Of a stretch of 32,000 nucleotides of DNA, positions 9,864 to 18,224 are shown piece after piece. The stretch spans positions 1,590,001-1,622,000 of the forward strand of contig NC_017262.1 of NCBI RefSeq assembly GCF_000175255.2. Direction: 5' to 3'. Position 1 is the stretch's first letter. Each line of letters starts with the position of its first letter. The notes under the pieces were generated by a model. The model saw only the letters and a list, made by a program, of their open reading frames with translations, had not been told where the DNA came from and made no database searches. A program made the translations under genes and the position numbers. Origin of the DNA: Zymomonas mobilis subsp. mobilis ATCC 10988 (GTDB lineage: Bacteria > Pseudomonadota > Alphaproteobacteria > Sphingomonadales > Sphingomonadaceae).

Positions 9864-10754
9864 TTGTCGGAACATCAATATCTTCGCCTCGTCTCGGATA
9901 TTCTGGAAAAAGGCGATCAGCGTCATGATCGCACCGGAGTCGGAACGCTGTCTTTGTTTGGTGCGATGATGCGGTTCGATCTTTCCAAAGGTCGGATACC
10001 GATTCTAACGACTAAAAAAGTATCTTATCGTTTGGCTATTCGCGAAATGCTGTGGTTTCTTTCCGGTGACACCAATATTCGACCTTTGGTTGAGCAAGGC
10101 GTTTCGATATGGAGCGATTGGCCATTGGCACGTTATCAGGCAGAAACTGGCGCGTTGCTTTCCAAGAAAGAATTTGAAGCAAAGATTCTTGCCGATACAG
10201 AATTTGCTAAAAAATGGGGCGATCTAGGCCCCGTCTATGGTCGGCAGTGGCGGCGATGGCAGGGGAGTGACGGGCAGGTTTATGACCAAATAGCGACCTT
10301 GATTGAAACTCTGAAAAGCAATCCCTCTAGTCGCCGGATGCTTTTCCACGGCTGGAATGTCGCTGAATTAAAAGATATGGCCTTGCCGCCTTGCCATATG
10401 GTCTATCAATATCATGTGACATCCGATGGTCGATTAAACAGTCTTCTTTATCAAAGAAGTGCGGATGTCTTTTTGGGGTTGCCTTTCAATTTGGTGGGTG
10501 CGGCAGCGTTGCAAGCGATGCTTGCTGATCAAGCTGGATTGGCTTTAGGCGATCTGGTGTGGACGGGCGGTGATGTTCATATCTATCGTAATCATATCGA
10601 CCAGATGAAAGAACAGCTTGCCCGTGAACCTCGGGCTTTTCCCCGTTTAGAATTAACGCGCCATCCCAACAGCATTACAGATTATAAAATCGAGGATTTT
10701 GCGATTACAGGATATGATCCTCATCCCCCTATCAAGGGCGCGGTTGCGGTTTGA
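9864..10754 (+). CDS. thyA: thymidylate synthase
   Basis: TTG start; RHDRTGVGTLSLFGAMMRFDL, GPVYGRQWRRW, LPPCHMVYQYHV and FNLVGAAALQAMLA are ThyA motifs. Confidence 0.97.
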   Translation: MSEHQYLRLVSDILEKGDQRHDRTGVGTLSLFGAMMRFDLSKGRIPILTTKKVSYRLAIREMLWFLSGDTNIRPLVEQGVSIWSDWPLARYQAETGALLSKKEFEAKILADTEFAKKWGDLGPVYGRQWRRWQGSDGQVYDQIATLIETLKSNPSSRRMLFHGWNVAELKDMALPPCHMVYQYHVTSDGRLNSLLYQRSADVFLGLPFNLVGAAALQAMLADQAGLALGDLVWTGGDVHIYRNHIDQMKEQLAREPRAFPRLELTRHPNSITDYKIEDFAITGYDPHPPIKGAVAV

Positions 10755-10808
10755 TTATGCAGTATTTTTAAAAAATTTTAGACGGTGGAACCAATATCTT
10801 TCGAGCTC

Positions 10809-10865
10809 GTTGATTAAGTAATTGATGTAAAATTAATCAACTTATTATTCCTTATTTGGAATAAT
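10809..10865. other. two adjacent perfect inverted repeats in the thyA-aldehyde dehydrogenase gap
   Basis: gttgatta (10809-10816)/taatcaac (10834-10841) and attattcc (10844-10851)/ggaataat (10858-10865). Confidence 0.5.
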
Positions 10866-10983
10866 GGGCTTTGGCTTAAAAAGTAATTTAACTGCATATT
10901 GCAACTAATTTCTCTTTAAAAATGGAGTAATTTAGCTGTTATTTAAAATAAATGCAGATCATTTCACAAAAATGAGAAAAAAT

Positions 10984-11024
10984 TAAGGATGAGTCCTTCT
11001 TTGTAAAAAGGAGGACTGTCCTAA
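10984..11024 (+). other. imperfect leader hairpin just upstream of the aldehyde dehydrogenase gene
   Basis: taaggatgagtccttct / aaaaggaggactgtcctaa imperfect stem about 30 nt before the start codon. Confidence 0.45.
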
Positions 11025-11054
11025 GCTGAAGTAATAAGAAAGGTAGGCTCTTTT

Positions 11055-12431
11055 ATGGCATATGAATCTGTCAATCCCGCCACTGGCGAAACCGTCAAAA
11101 AATATCCTGATTTTTCTGATAAACAGGTTAAAGATTCCGTTGATCGGGCAGCGACTGTCTTCAAAAATGACTGGAGCCAGCGGACGATCGCGGAACGGAG
11201 CAAGGTGCTTCATAAGGCTGCTGAAATCTTCCGTTCCGATGTGGATAAATATGCCAAGCTCCTGACTATCGACATGGGTAAAAAGATTGCTGAAGCCCGT
11301 GGCGAGGTCAAATTATCGGCTGATATCCTTGATTATTACGCCAAAAACGGCGAAAAATTTCTGGCACCTCAAAAAGTTGAAGAAAAACCGGGTGCGGTCG
11401 TCAAAGCCTTTCCTCTCGGATTGCTTCTGGCCATTGAGCCTTGGAACTTCCCTTATTATCAGCTTGCCCGTATCGCGGGACCGTATCTGATCGCGGGGAA
11501 TGCGCTTCTTGTGAAACATTCCTCTTCAGTGCCTCAAAGCGCCCATGCTTTTGAAGCCGTTTTGGAAGAAGCGGGCGCGCCCAAGGGTATTTATACCAAT
11601 CTTGATGCCTCACCAGATCAGGTCAGCCAGATTATCGAAGATCCTCGGGTGCGTGGTGTGACCGTAACCGGTAGTGCTTCGGTTGGGGCTGAATTGGCCG
11701 CCAAAGCCGGTAAGATGTGGAAAAAATCGGTCATGGAGCTGGGCGGTAGTGATGCTTTCATTGTTCTTGACGGTGTCGATATAGATGACAAGCTGATTGA
11801 TAAGGCTGCCTATGGACGGTTGTTTAACGCAGGGCAGGTTTGCTGCGCTGCCAAGCGTTTTATTATCGTTGGGCAAAAACGCGCCGAACTTTTCACTGAA
11901 AAGCTGAAGCAGCGCTTTGAAGCTCTGAAAATTGGTGATCCCATGGATGAATCTACCGATTTGGGGCCTTTGTCATCGGTTGGCGCACGAGATCAGGTTG
12001 TTAAGCAGGTCGAAAAAGCGGTTCAAAATGGCGCAAAGCTCGTTTGTGGCGGGAAGGCGATTGAAGGCAAGGGTGCCTTTATGAAGGCTGGCATCCTGAC
12101 CGATATCAAGCGCGAGAATCCAGCCTATTTTGAAGAATTCTTTGGCCCTATTGCCCAGATTTATGCGGTAAAAGATGAGGCTGAAGCTATCGAGCTTGCC
12201 AATGACTCTCCTTATGGCTTGGGCGGTGCCGTTTTTGCGCCTGATGTGGAGCAGGGACGCAAAGTGGCAGAGCAAATTGAAACCGGCATGGTGGCGATCA
12301 ACAAGCCCTTGTGGACTGCGCCTGAACTGCCTTTCGGTGGGGTCAAACATTCCGGCTATGGTCGTGAATTATCCCATTTCGGCATTCAGGAATTTATCAA
12401 CTGGAAATTGATAGACGCTTCTGCTGCCTAA
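11055..12431 (+). CDS. NAD(P)-dependent aldehyde dehydrogenase, succinate-semialdehyde dehydrogenase type
   Basis: 458 aa; VTVTGSASVGAELAAKAGKMWKKSVMELGGSDAFIVLDG and LFNAGQVCCAAKRFIIV (catalytic Cys) are ALDH motifs. Start MAYESVNPATGE. Confidence 0.92.
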   Translation: MAYESVNPATGETVKKYPDFSDKQVKDSVDRAATVFKNDWSQRTIAERSKVLHKAAEIFRSDVDKYAKLLTIDMGKKIAEARGEVKLSADILDYYAKNGEKFLAPQKVEEKPGAVVKAFPLGLLLAIEPWNFPYYQLARIAGPYLIAGNALLVKHSSSVPQSAHAFEAVLEEAGAPKGIYTNLDASPDQVSQIIEDPRVRGVTVTGSASVGAELAAKAGKMWKKSVMELGGSDAFIVLDGVDIDDKLIDKAAYGRLFNAGQVCCAAKRFIIVGQKRAELFTEKLKQRFEALKIGDPMDESTDLGPLSSVGARDQVVKQVEKAVQNGAKLVCGGKAIEGKGAFMKAGILTDIKRENPAYFEEFFGPIAQIYAVKDEAEAIELANDSPYGLGGAVFAPDVEQGRKVAEQIETGMVAINKPLWTAPELPFGGVKHSGYGRELSHFGIQEFINWKLIDASAA

Positions 12432-12464
12432 AAATTTCTTAAAATCCGTTTTAAGCGGAAAAGA

Positions 12465-12503
12465 TAAAAGCCGGTCTGAAATTCAGATCGGCTTTTATTG
12501 TTT
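12465..12503 (+). terminator. bidirectional rho-independent terminator between convergent aldehyde dehydrogenase and fpr genes
   Basis: taaaagccggtctgaa-a-ttcagatcggctttta: 16-bp arms with one mismatch/wobble, flanked by T/A-rich tracts. Confidence 0.85.
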
Positions 12504-12569
12504 AGTCTATCTAAAAAAACAGGCCATCGAGAGATGACCTGTTTTAAATTTGAATTTTGGCTTTAGGCC

Positions 12570-13397
12570 TTAGTCAACAAAAGCTCGCTCGATTACGAAA
12601 TCACCGGGTTCGCTGTTAGAGCCTTCTTTGAATCCCTGTTCATTGAGGTATTTTTCAAAGTCCTTAATCATGTCCATGCTACCACAAAGCATCAGGCGGT
12701 CTGTCGCTGGATCAAGCTTTTTCGGCAGACCAATCCGATCGGTGAATAAGGAACCATCCTCAATCATGGTATTGATGCGGCTAGTGCGCTCAAATTCTTC
12801 TCGGGTAACGGTTGGAATATAGGTGAATTGTTCTGCGGCTTCTTCGGAGACCAGCGGATCATCCGCAATCTGGTTTACCAGATCATCATAATAGGCAAGG
12901 TCGCTTACTCTGCGGACGCTGTGAACCAGAATGATTTTTTCAAAGCGATCGTAAATATCTGGATCGCGAATAATGCTTAAGAAGGGCGCAAGGCCGGTGC
13001 CTGTTGCTAACAGGAAAAGCCGCTTACCGGGTAAAAGGGTGTCTGCAACCAAGGTGCCAGTCGGTTTGCGTCCCAGATAAATTTCATCCCCTTCTTTAAT
13101 TTTTTGAAGGTGAGAGGTCAGGGGGCCATTTTCGACTTTGATAGAAAGAAATTCTAATTCTTCCGCATAGGAAGGGCTGGCGACAGAATAAGCGCGTAAA
13201 AGCGGCTTTTTACTTTCACCGGGTAAACCGATCATCACGAATTCACCGGAACGGAAGCGGAAGCTGCTGGGTCTTGAAATAGTAAAACTAAAAAGTCTGT
13301 CATTCCAATGTTTGACCCATTGAACTTTTTCAACCGTCAGGACTTTATTCGGCTGTAATCCCGTGGTTTCGTCTAAGATTTCAGCGAATTCGCTCAT
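12570..13397 (-). CDS. fpr: ferredoxin/flavodoxin--NADP(+) reductase
   Basis: 275 aa; RAYSVASP (FAD), LLATGTGLAPFLSIIRDP and LMLCGSMDMIKD; C-terminal VIERAFVD. Confidence 0.93.
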   Translation of the reverse strand: MSEFAEILDETTGLQPNKVLTVEKVQWVKHWNDRLFSFTISRPSSFRFRSGEFVMIGLPGESKKPLLRAYSVASPSYAEELEFLSIKVENGPLTSHLQKIKEGDEIYLGRKPTGTLVADTLLPGKRLFLLATGTGLAPFLSIIRDPDIYDRFEKIILVHSVRRVSDLAYYDDLVNQIADDPLVSEEAAEQFTYIPTVTREEFERTSRINTMIEDGSLFTDRIGLPKKLDPATDRLMLCGSMDMIKDFEKYLNEQGFKEGSNSEPGDFVIERAFVD

Positions 13398-13731
13398 TTT
13401 CTTTCCTTAATAATCCGATTAAATTAGCTATTTCCGTTTGTGATAATAAATATATTTGTGAAGAACATATTCTATCTATAACGGAAATATTAAGGTTATG
13501 ATCCTTTATTGTTCCATTCTTTCAAAAATTATTTTTGAGTGGAAAATAGAACAACCCGTTATTGAAGTTTATTCAAAATTATGTTTTTTATGACTTGTCA
13601 TTATAATTGTGAGCAAAAATGCCCATTTAATCATTAAGAGACAAGCTAGTTTTTGCGAATAAATCTCAATAATAGTTATTGATAAAAACGATCAATTGCC
13701 TTTTATTTTGTGAAAATCGGAAAAGGAATGA

Positions 13732-14013
13732 CTATTTCTTTTTAGATTTTGCGCTATGGCCAGCGGCCAAAGACGAATGGTTGCTTTCTGAATCCAGTGC
13801 CGCATTTTCAGGTATTTTTAAATTGTCAGACGGCACATCTTCAATATCGATATTACTCGTATTTTCGTCATCATCGGCGGCGATTTCGTCAGCATTCGCC
13901 ATTTCCTGATTTTGATCAGGTAATACCCGATTGGATGGGTGATGGCATGCCCCCAAAATGAGGAAGGACGCTGCAATAGCTAATGGCTTAAGAATGCGGA
14001 CAGGGATGAGCAT
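13732..14013 (-). CDS. small acidic lipoprotein of unknown function
   Basis: 93 aa; lipobox ILGACHH; upstream SD-like aaaggag on the minus strand; Asp/Glu/Asn-rich mature region. Confidence 0.6.
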   Translation of the reverse strand: MLIPVRILKPLAIAASFLILGACHHPSNRVLPDQNQEMANADEIAADDDENTSNIDIEDVPSDNLKIPENAALDSESNHSSLAAGHSAKSKKK

Positions 14014-14112
14014 ATTTCTCCTTTCTGGAGAGACTATGTTCTACGAATTACCCCGCTACCGCAACAAAAAGGCGGTGAATAGAAAGGGTTTTGGGGATTT
14101 CCTACCAAAATT

Positions 14113-14153
14113 TACAAAAAAAAGGCCGTTTTTCAAAAAAACGGCCTTTTTTA
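14113..14153 (-). terminator. rho-independent terminator (can act in both directions) after the 14191-14433 gene
   Basis: aaaaaaggccgttttt-c-aaaaaaacggccttttttt. Confidence 0.88.
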
Positions 14154-14190
14154 AAAACAGCTGCGGGAAAAACCGCGCTATTACGAAAAA

Positions 14191-14433
14191 TTATTTTTCG
14201 GTTTTGGTGGTTTTCGTCGTAGTGACGTGAACGCTGGTGGAGTTAGCAACACCATTTTCAACGACCGCATTGTCAACAGCAGCATTGGTGTCCAAGATAG
14301 CTTCGTTATCAGCGCCATTGGTGTCGATGACGACACTGCTGTTTTCGGTGGCTGTTTCATTGGCAGGCTTCGAGCAAGCTGACAGACCGATAGAAGCAGC
14401 AGCAACGAGTGACAGGGCGATAATCTTCTTCAT
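14191..14433 (-). CDS. small lipoprotein of unknown function with Asn/Ala/Thr-rich mature region and Lys/Thr tail
   Basis: Lipobox IGLSAC; start taken at MKKIIALSLV (14433) rather than the 14478 alternative. Confidence 0.6.
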   Translation of the reverse strand: MKKIIALSLVAAASIGLSACSKPANETATENSSVVIDTNGADNEAILDTNAAVDNAVVENGVANSTSVHVTTTKTTKTEK

Positions 14434-15404
14434 AATAAGGTTAACCTTTTGAATGTAATGCAAACCTGAAAAAAGCACTATATTGTGTTTATTTTATTTA
14501 TTCAGCCTGTTTCCTGTAGAAACCTGCATTTTGCTCTTTAGCGAAAACTATAGCTTTCCGCAATGAAAAAGCCTTTATAGGCGATAGGAGAACAAACTGA
14601 AATAAAATATACTTACTATATTTTCTTATGAAAGGGGCAACCTTTTTTCAATATTTTAATCCAGCTTAATAAATATTGTAAATGATTTCATGGGTTGCTC
14701 AAACTTTAATAAAATAATATTTTTATGATTTAAAATAACAATTTAAAATTATTAAAATGCATAATATTTTTTGTTTATTTTGTTTTTTCTACCCTTTTTA
14801 AATATTCAAAAATAATATTTTTAAAATGGATGGTTTTTATTATTTTTATTTAAAGCTGTTTTGTCAGCCATGATTGTCTATTTTGTGGGATGGTACAAAA
14901 CACTTTTCACCTGACAAGGGAAATATTTTTTAGCGGTTCAAATCTGGGTAAAAAATAATAGGACGCTATAAAAAAAGAGCGCATTTTTTAGAAAAATTAA
15001 TAACCCTATTTAGATGTAAAATATTTTTGACTATATTCTAGGATAAAGAGAAACGATATTTTAACCCTAAAAATATCAATAAAATAATTTTATACTATTT
15101 TATGAATAAAGTAATGATCTGATTCTATCCAAGAATAAACCATATTCATATAAATGAAGAAATATCTATAAATTTTTATTTATCGTCTTCACTAAAAATT
15201 TATGGAAAATTTATTTGTTAAAAAGAAGATATATCCTCTTTCTCTTTTAAAAGATTATATGTTGCATAATAACAGGAACAAAGCTGTAAATATGAACGTT
15301 AATAGCGTTTATAAAATGAGACCGCGAAGAACATCAACATCTATGCTCTGAAATTAAACAATATCTAATTAAGCAATATCTGTTGCTTGAAGGAATATAA
15401 AATC

Positions 15405-15752
15405 ATGAAAAAAATGCTGCTATTCTTTACCTTTTTACTCCCCACTTACTGTTTGGCTGCACCAACAGAAGACATAAATGTAAAAAATAACAGTAATTTT
15501 GAAATTAAACTGCCCTCTAATCCGACGACAGGCTTTGGTTGGATGGTAAAAACTATTCCCGACAATGTTATTTTAACAGGGATGAGTTATAAACAGTCGG
15601 ATAATTGCAATGGTGCCGATGGTTGTGGGGGTGAAGAGACGCTCTTCTTCAAAGCCCTTAAAAAAGGGAAGGGTAATATCATTTTGAAATACGGTCGCCC
15701 TTTTGAAAAAATTCCTGCAAAATCGACGATTAAGACCGTATTCGTGAAATAG
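15405..15752 (+). CDS. secreted chagasin-like (MEROPS I42) cysteine protease inhibitor
   Basis: Signal peptide MKKMLLFFTFLLPTYCLAAP; LPSNPTTGFGW is the I42 NPTTG motif, followed by a Gly loop and GRPFE in the position of RPW. aaggaa SD precedes ATG 15405. Confidence 0.72.
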   Translation: MKKMLLFFTFLLPTYCLAAPTEDINVKNNSNFEIKLPSNPTTGFGWMVKTIPDNVILTGMSYKQSDNCNGADGCGGEETLFFKALKKGKGNIILKYGRPFEKIPAKSTIKTVFVK

Positions 15753-15876
15753 ATATTTTCTGTTCTGAATTATGTTGTCAGATTTTCACCAATCCTCTCT
15801 GCTATAATAATCAATCTAGCCTAGAGAGGGGTGATTTCTGTGCTTTGTTCATTCTACGAAAAATGTATTTGATTTT

Positions 15877-15912
15877 AGCCCTTAAAAAAACCTTCTGATT
15901 TAAGGCTTTTTC
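15877..15912 (+). terminator. probable terminator after the I42 inhibitor gene, overlapping the mlaA stop codon
   Basis: agcc(c)ttaaa ... tttaaggct followed by ttttt. Confidence 0.55.
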
Positions 15913-17048
15913 TGTCCTAAATCAGAATTTTCCGGCGACGGAAGAGATTTCTTTTCTGGATCGGGGGAAATTGTTTTTTCGGTCGGGGCGGTTATCGCTT
16001 GCTCCGACTTTTCTTTCATATTTACCGTCTGGCTCGTCTGGCTCGTCTGGCTCGTCTGGCTCGTCTGGCTCGTCTGGCTCGTCTGGCTCGTCTGGCTCGT
16101 CTGGCTCGTCTGGCTCGTCTGGCTCGTCTGGCTCGGAGTCGGGGTATCATTGCCCTTTGCCTTGGATTCCAGATCCGCTACGGCATTATCAAGCGCAGGG
16201 TCACCCGTCGAAGTCGATGTCGATGAGGTGTCATCTAACCCGCTGCTGCTTAAATCGGCATCGGTGATCGCGGCATTGCTTGATTTATTGCCCGGTGCAT
16301 CCTGATCCATGATCTGGGCGCGCCGATGCTGCAAGAAAGCTGAGCGAGCAGCCGCATAAGGATCCAGACTGCTTTCGAGGAAAGAATCAGCCCCTGATTC
16401 CGCCATTTGGGCGCGCATTTTTACAACGCTGACAACTGCGATGGCATAGGTCGCTGCATTCGGGACAAAATGACATTCACGGACGCAATAGCTAAAGGGA
16501 TCAGCCCATTGGGCAATACCGGTACCAACGGCATCGCGCATCGTGGTTGGCCCCATGAAGGGTAAAACGAAATAAGGCCCGCCATTCATGCCCCAACGCG
16601 CCATGGTTTGACCAAAATCTTCGACTGTCGAAACCACCCCTATTTTTGTAGCGGTATCGCGAATACCACCAATTCCGACCGTTGTGTTAATAGCGAGACG
16701 CGCGATGTTTTTCCCTGCCAGATAGGGTTTGCCCTGCAATAGGTTGTTAATGGCGTTAAAAGGCTCTTCAAGATTGGCAAAGATACGGATAATAGCCTTG
16801 CGAACCGGCTCCGGCACTTTTTTGTTATAATATTTGGCAACCGGCTGCATCACCAACTTGTCGGCTTTGGAATTGATATTCCAGACTTTGCGGTTGAATT
16901 TTTCCAGCGGGTCTGTCTGGGCAAGGGTATCTGTGCCGGGCGTAATGGTACAGCCGCCCAAGAGCGCTAGGGCAGAGAAAGACACAAGGGCGGGTCTAAG
17001 AAGAGATTTTGGCGCAGTCATCACGAAGCGGTGCCATAGCAAAAACAA
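15900..17048 (-). CDS. mlaA: MlaA/VacJ family outer-membrane phospholipid transport lipoprotein with (SQT)12 C-terminal tail
   Basis: LLGGCTITPG lipobox; DPLEKFNRKVWNINSKAD, GKPYLAGKNIARLAINTTVGIGGIRDTATKIG and YFVLPFMGPTTMRDAVG are MlaA motifs. The true start may be the internal Met at about 17021. Confidence 0.92.
   Translation of the reverse strand: MFLLWHRFVMTAPKSLLRPALVSFSALALLGGCTITPGTDTLAQTDPLEKFNRKVWNINSKADKLVMQPVAKYYNKKVPEPVRKAIIRIFANLEEPFNAINNLLQGKPYLAGKNIARLAINTTVGIGGIRDTATKIGVVSTVEDFGQTMARWGMNGGPYFVLPFMGPTTMRDAVGTGIAQWADPFSYCVRECHFVPNAATYAIAVVSVVKMRAQMAESGADSFLESSLDPYAAARSAFLQHRRAQIMDQDAPGNKSSNAAITDADLSSSGLDDTSSTSTSTGDPALDNAVADLESKAKGNDTPTPSQTSQTSQTSQTSQTSQTSQTSQTSQTSQTSQTSQTVNMKEKSEQAITAPTEKTISPDPEKKSLPSPENSDLGQKKP
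16027..16134 (-). repeat. perfect 9-bp tandem repeat, 12 copies (plus-strand unit gtctggctc)
   Basis: 108 bp of uninterrupted gtctggctc units, translated as Ser-Gln-Thr x 12 in mlaA. Confidence 0.97.
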
Positions 17049-17060
17049 TTACACAAGTCG

Positions 17061-17089
17061 TTGACTTTTATTAGTATCAACGATTATCC
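17061..17089 (+). promoter_or_regulatory. putative sigma70-type promoter for the arsR-methyltransferase/metF/metH cluster
   Basis: ttgact at 17061-17066, then a 16-17 bp spacer and an attatc/ttatcc -10-like box. Confidence 0.4.
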
Positions 17090-17091
17090 TC

Positions 17092-17107
17092 ATAAAGATA
17101 TCTTTAT
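17092..17107. promoter_or_regulatory. perfect 16-bp palindrome, candidate ArsR-family operator
   Basis: ATAAAGATATCTTTAT is self-complementary and sits where the start site of the predicted promoter would fall. Confidence 0.5.
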
Positions 17108-17275
17108 ATCTTGAATTAACCATTGGGTATGACCCATATCCTGTGTTTTCCCGACCGATAGAACAAAAGGAAATCGCTCCTTAGGTTTTAGAGAAAGTGA
17201 CAGTTTCTATTATTATATTTTCAAAAAGTTAAAAGTAACAAAATGATAACAGGGTAGAAAAGGCCACCAAGATTT

Positions 17276-18220
17276 ATGGATGATTTACTGGCGATTTTTC
17301 GTGCTTTAACGGATCCAACGCGCATACGTATATTATTGTTATTGCATGAAATGGAGTTGTCCATAGGCGAAATCGCCCAGATTTTAGGACAAAGCCAACC
17401 CCGAGTCTCGCGCCATGTAAAGGTTTTGGTGGATGCTGGTCTTGTGGTGAGACGCAAAGAAGGCAGTTGGGTTTTTTTACATCTTGGGAAAAAAGAACGC
17501 CTGCAACCGCTGTTTTCTGCCTTGGACATTTGGGATCAGGAAAAATCATGGCGGAATACCGACCATGCCCGTTTAAAGGCCGTTTTGCTTGATCGTGCGG
17601 CCGCTGCCTCCCGTTATTTTGAAGCCCATGCACCGGAATGGGACTCGATTCGTTCGATGCATGTTGCGGAATCCGAAGTCGAGCAGGCTATCTTGTCCAT
17701 TATTGGCGATAGAAAAATCGGCCGATTAGTCGATATCGGCACGGGCACGGGGCGGATGCTGGAGCTGCTAGGGTCACAAGCGGACAAAATGATCGGTGTT
17801 GATCGTAGCCCCGAAATGCTTCGAATCGCCCGCACTAAATTAACCGGTAAAAATTTACCCCAAGCCAGCCTTTGTCAGGGGGATATGTATGCCCTACCTT
17901 TAGAAAAGAAATCAGCTGATTGGGTCATTCTGCATCAGGTTTTACATTACGCGCAGCAGCCTGCTTTGGCGATCGAAGAAGCGGCAAGAGTGCTCGATAA
18001 AAACGGGCATTTGCTGATTATTGATTTTGCCTCCCACGATAAAGAAGAACTTCGTCTCAACAACGCACATGCCCGTCTTGGCTTTTCGGATGACCAAATC
18101 AATGAATGGTTTTTGTCATCAGGCCTCATGACCCAAAAAATCGAGCAGTTAAAGGGCGGTAGTCTGACGGTCAAATTATGGCTGGCAACGCGTTCGGATA
18201 GTCTTTCAAGAAAGAGTTAA
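17276..18220 (+). CDS. ArsR-family HTH regulator fused to a class I SAM-dependent methyltransferase domain
   Basis: FRALTDPTRIRILLLLHEMELSIGEIAQILGQSQPRVSRHVKVLVDAGLVVRRKEG (ArsR HTH) then GRLVDIGTGTGRMLELLGSQADKMIGVDRSPEML (methyltransferase motif I). Start may be within a codon or two of 17276. Confidence 0.92.
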   Translation: MDDLLAIFRALTDPTRIRILLLLHEMELSIGEIAQILGQSQPRVSRHVKVLVDAGLVVRRKEGSWVFLHLGKKERLQPLFSALDIWDQEKSWRNTDHARLKAVLLDRAAAASRYFEAHAPEWDSIRSMHVAESEVEQAILSIIGDRKIGRLVDIGTGTGRMLELLGSQADKMIGVDRSPEMLRIARTKLTGKNLPQASLCQGDMYALPLEKKSADWVILHQVLHYAQQPALAIEEAARVLDKNGHLLIIDFASHDKEELRLNNAHARLGFSDDQINEWFLSSGLMTQKIEQLKGGSLTVKLWLATRSDSLSRKS

Positions 18221-18224
18221 ACAT

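Noticed and set aside
13679-14230. Plus-strand ORFs 13679-13909 and 13958-14230, including a possible MFYELPRYRNKK micro-ORF with SD-like ggag
   Set aside because: They overlap a lipoprotein gene on the other strand, and the second reads straight through a strong terminator. There is no independent coding support.
15971-16267. Plus-strand ORFs with SGS and RLA repeats across the mlaA tail (15971-16267, 15999-16226)
   Set aside because: They are by-products of the 9-bp repeat being stop-free in every frame. They lie antisense to the well-supported mlaA tail.
17108-17275. Possible SAM-II or SAH riboswitch ahead of the met cluster
   Set aside because: I could only find short 5-bp hairpins and none of the conserved riboswitch sequences; a palindromic operator is the better-supported control element.
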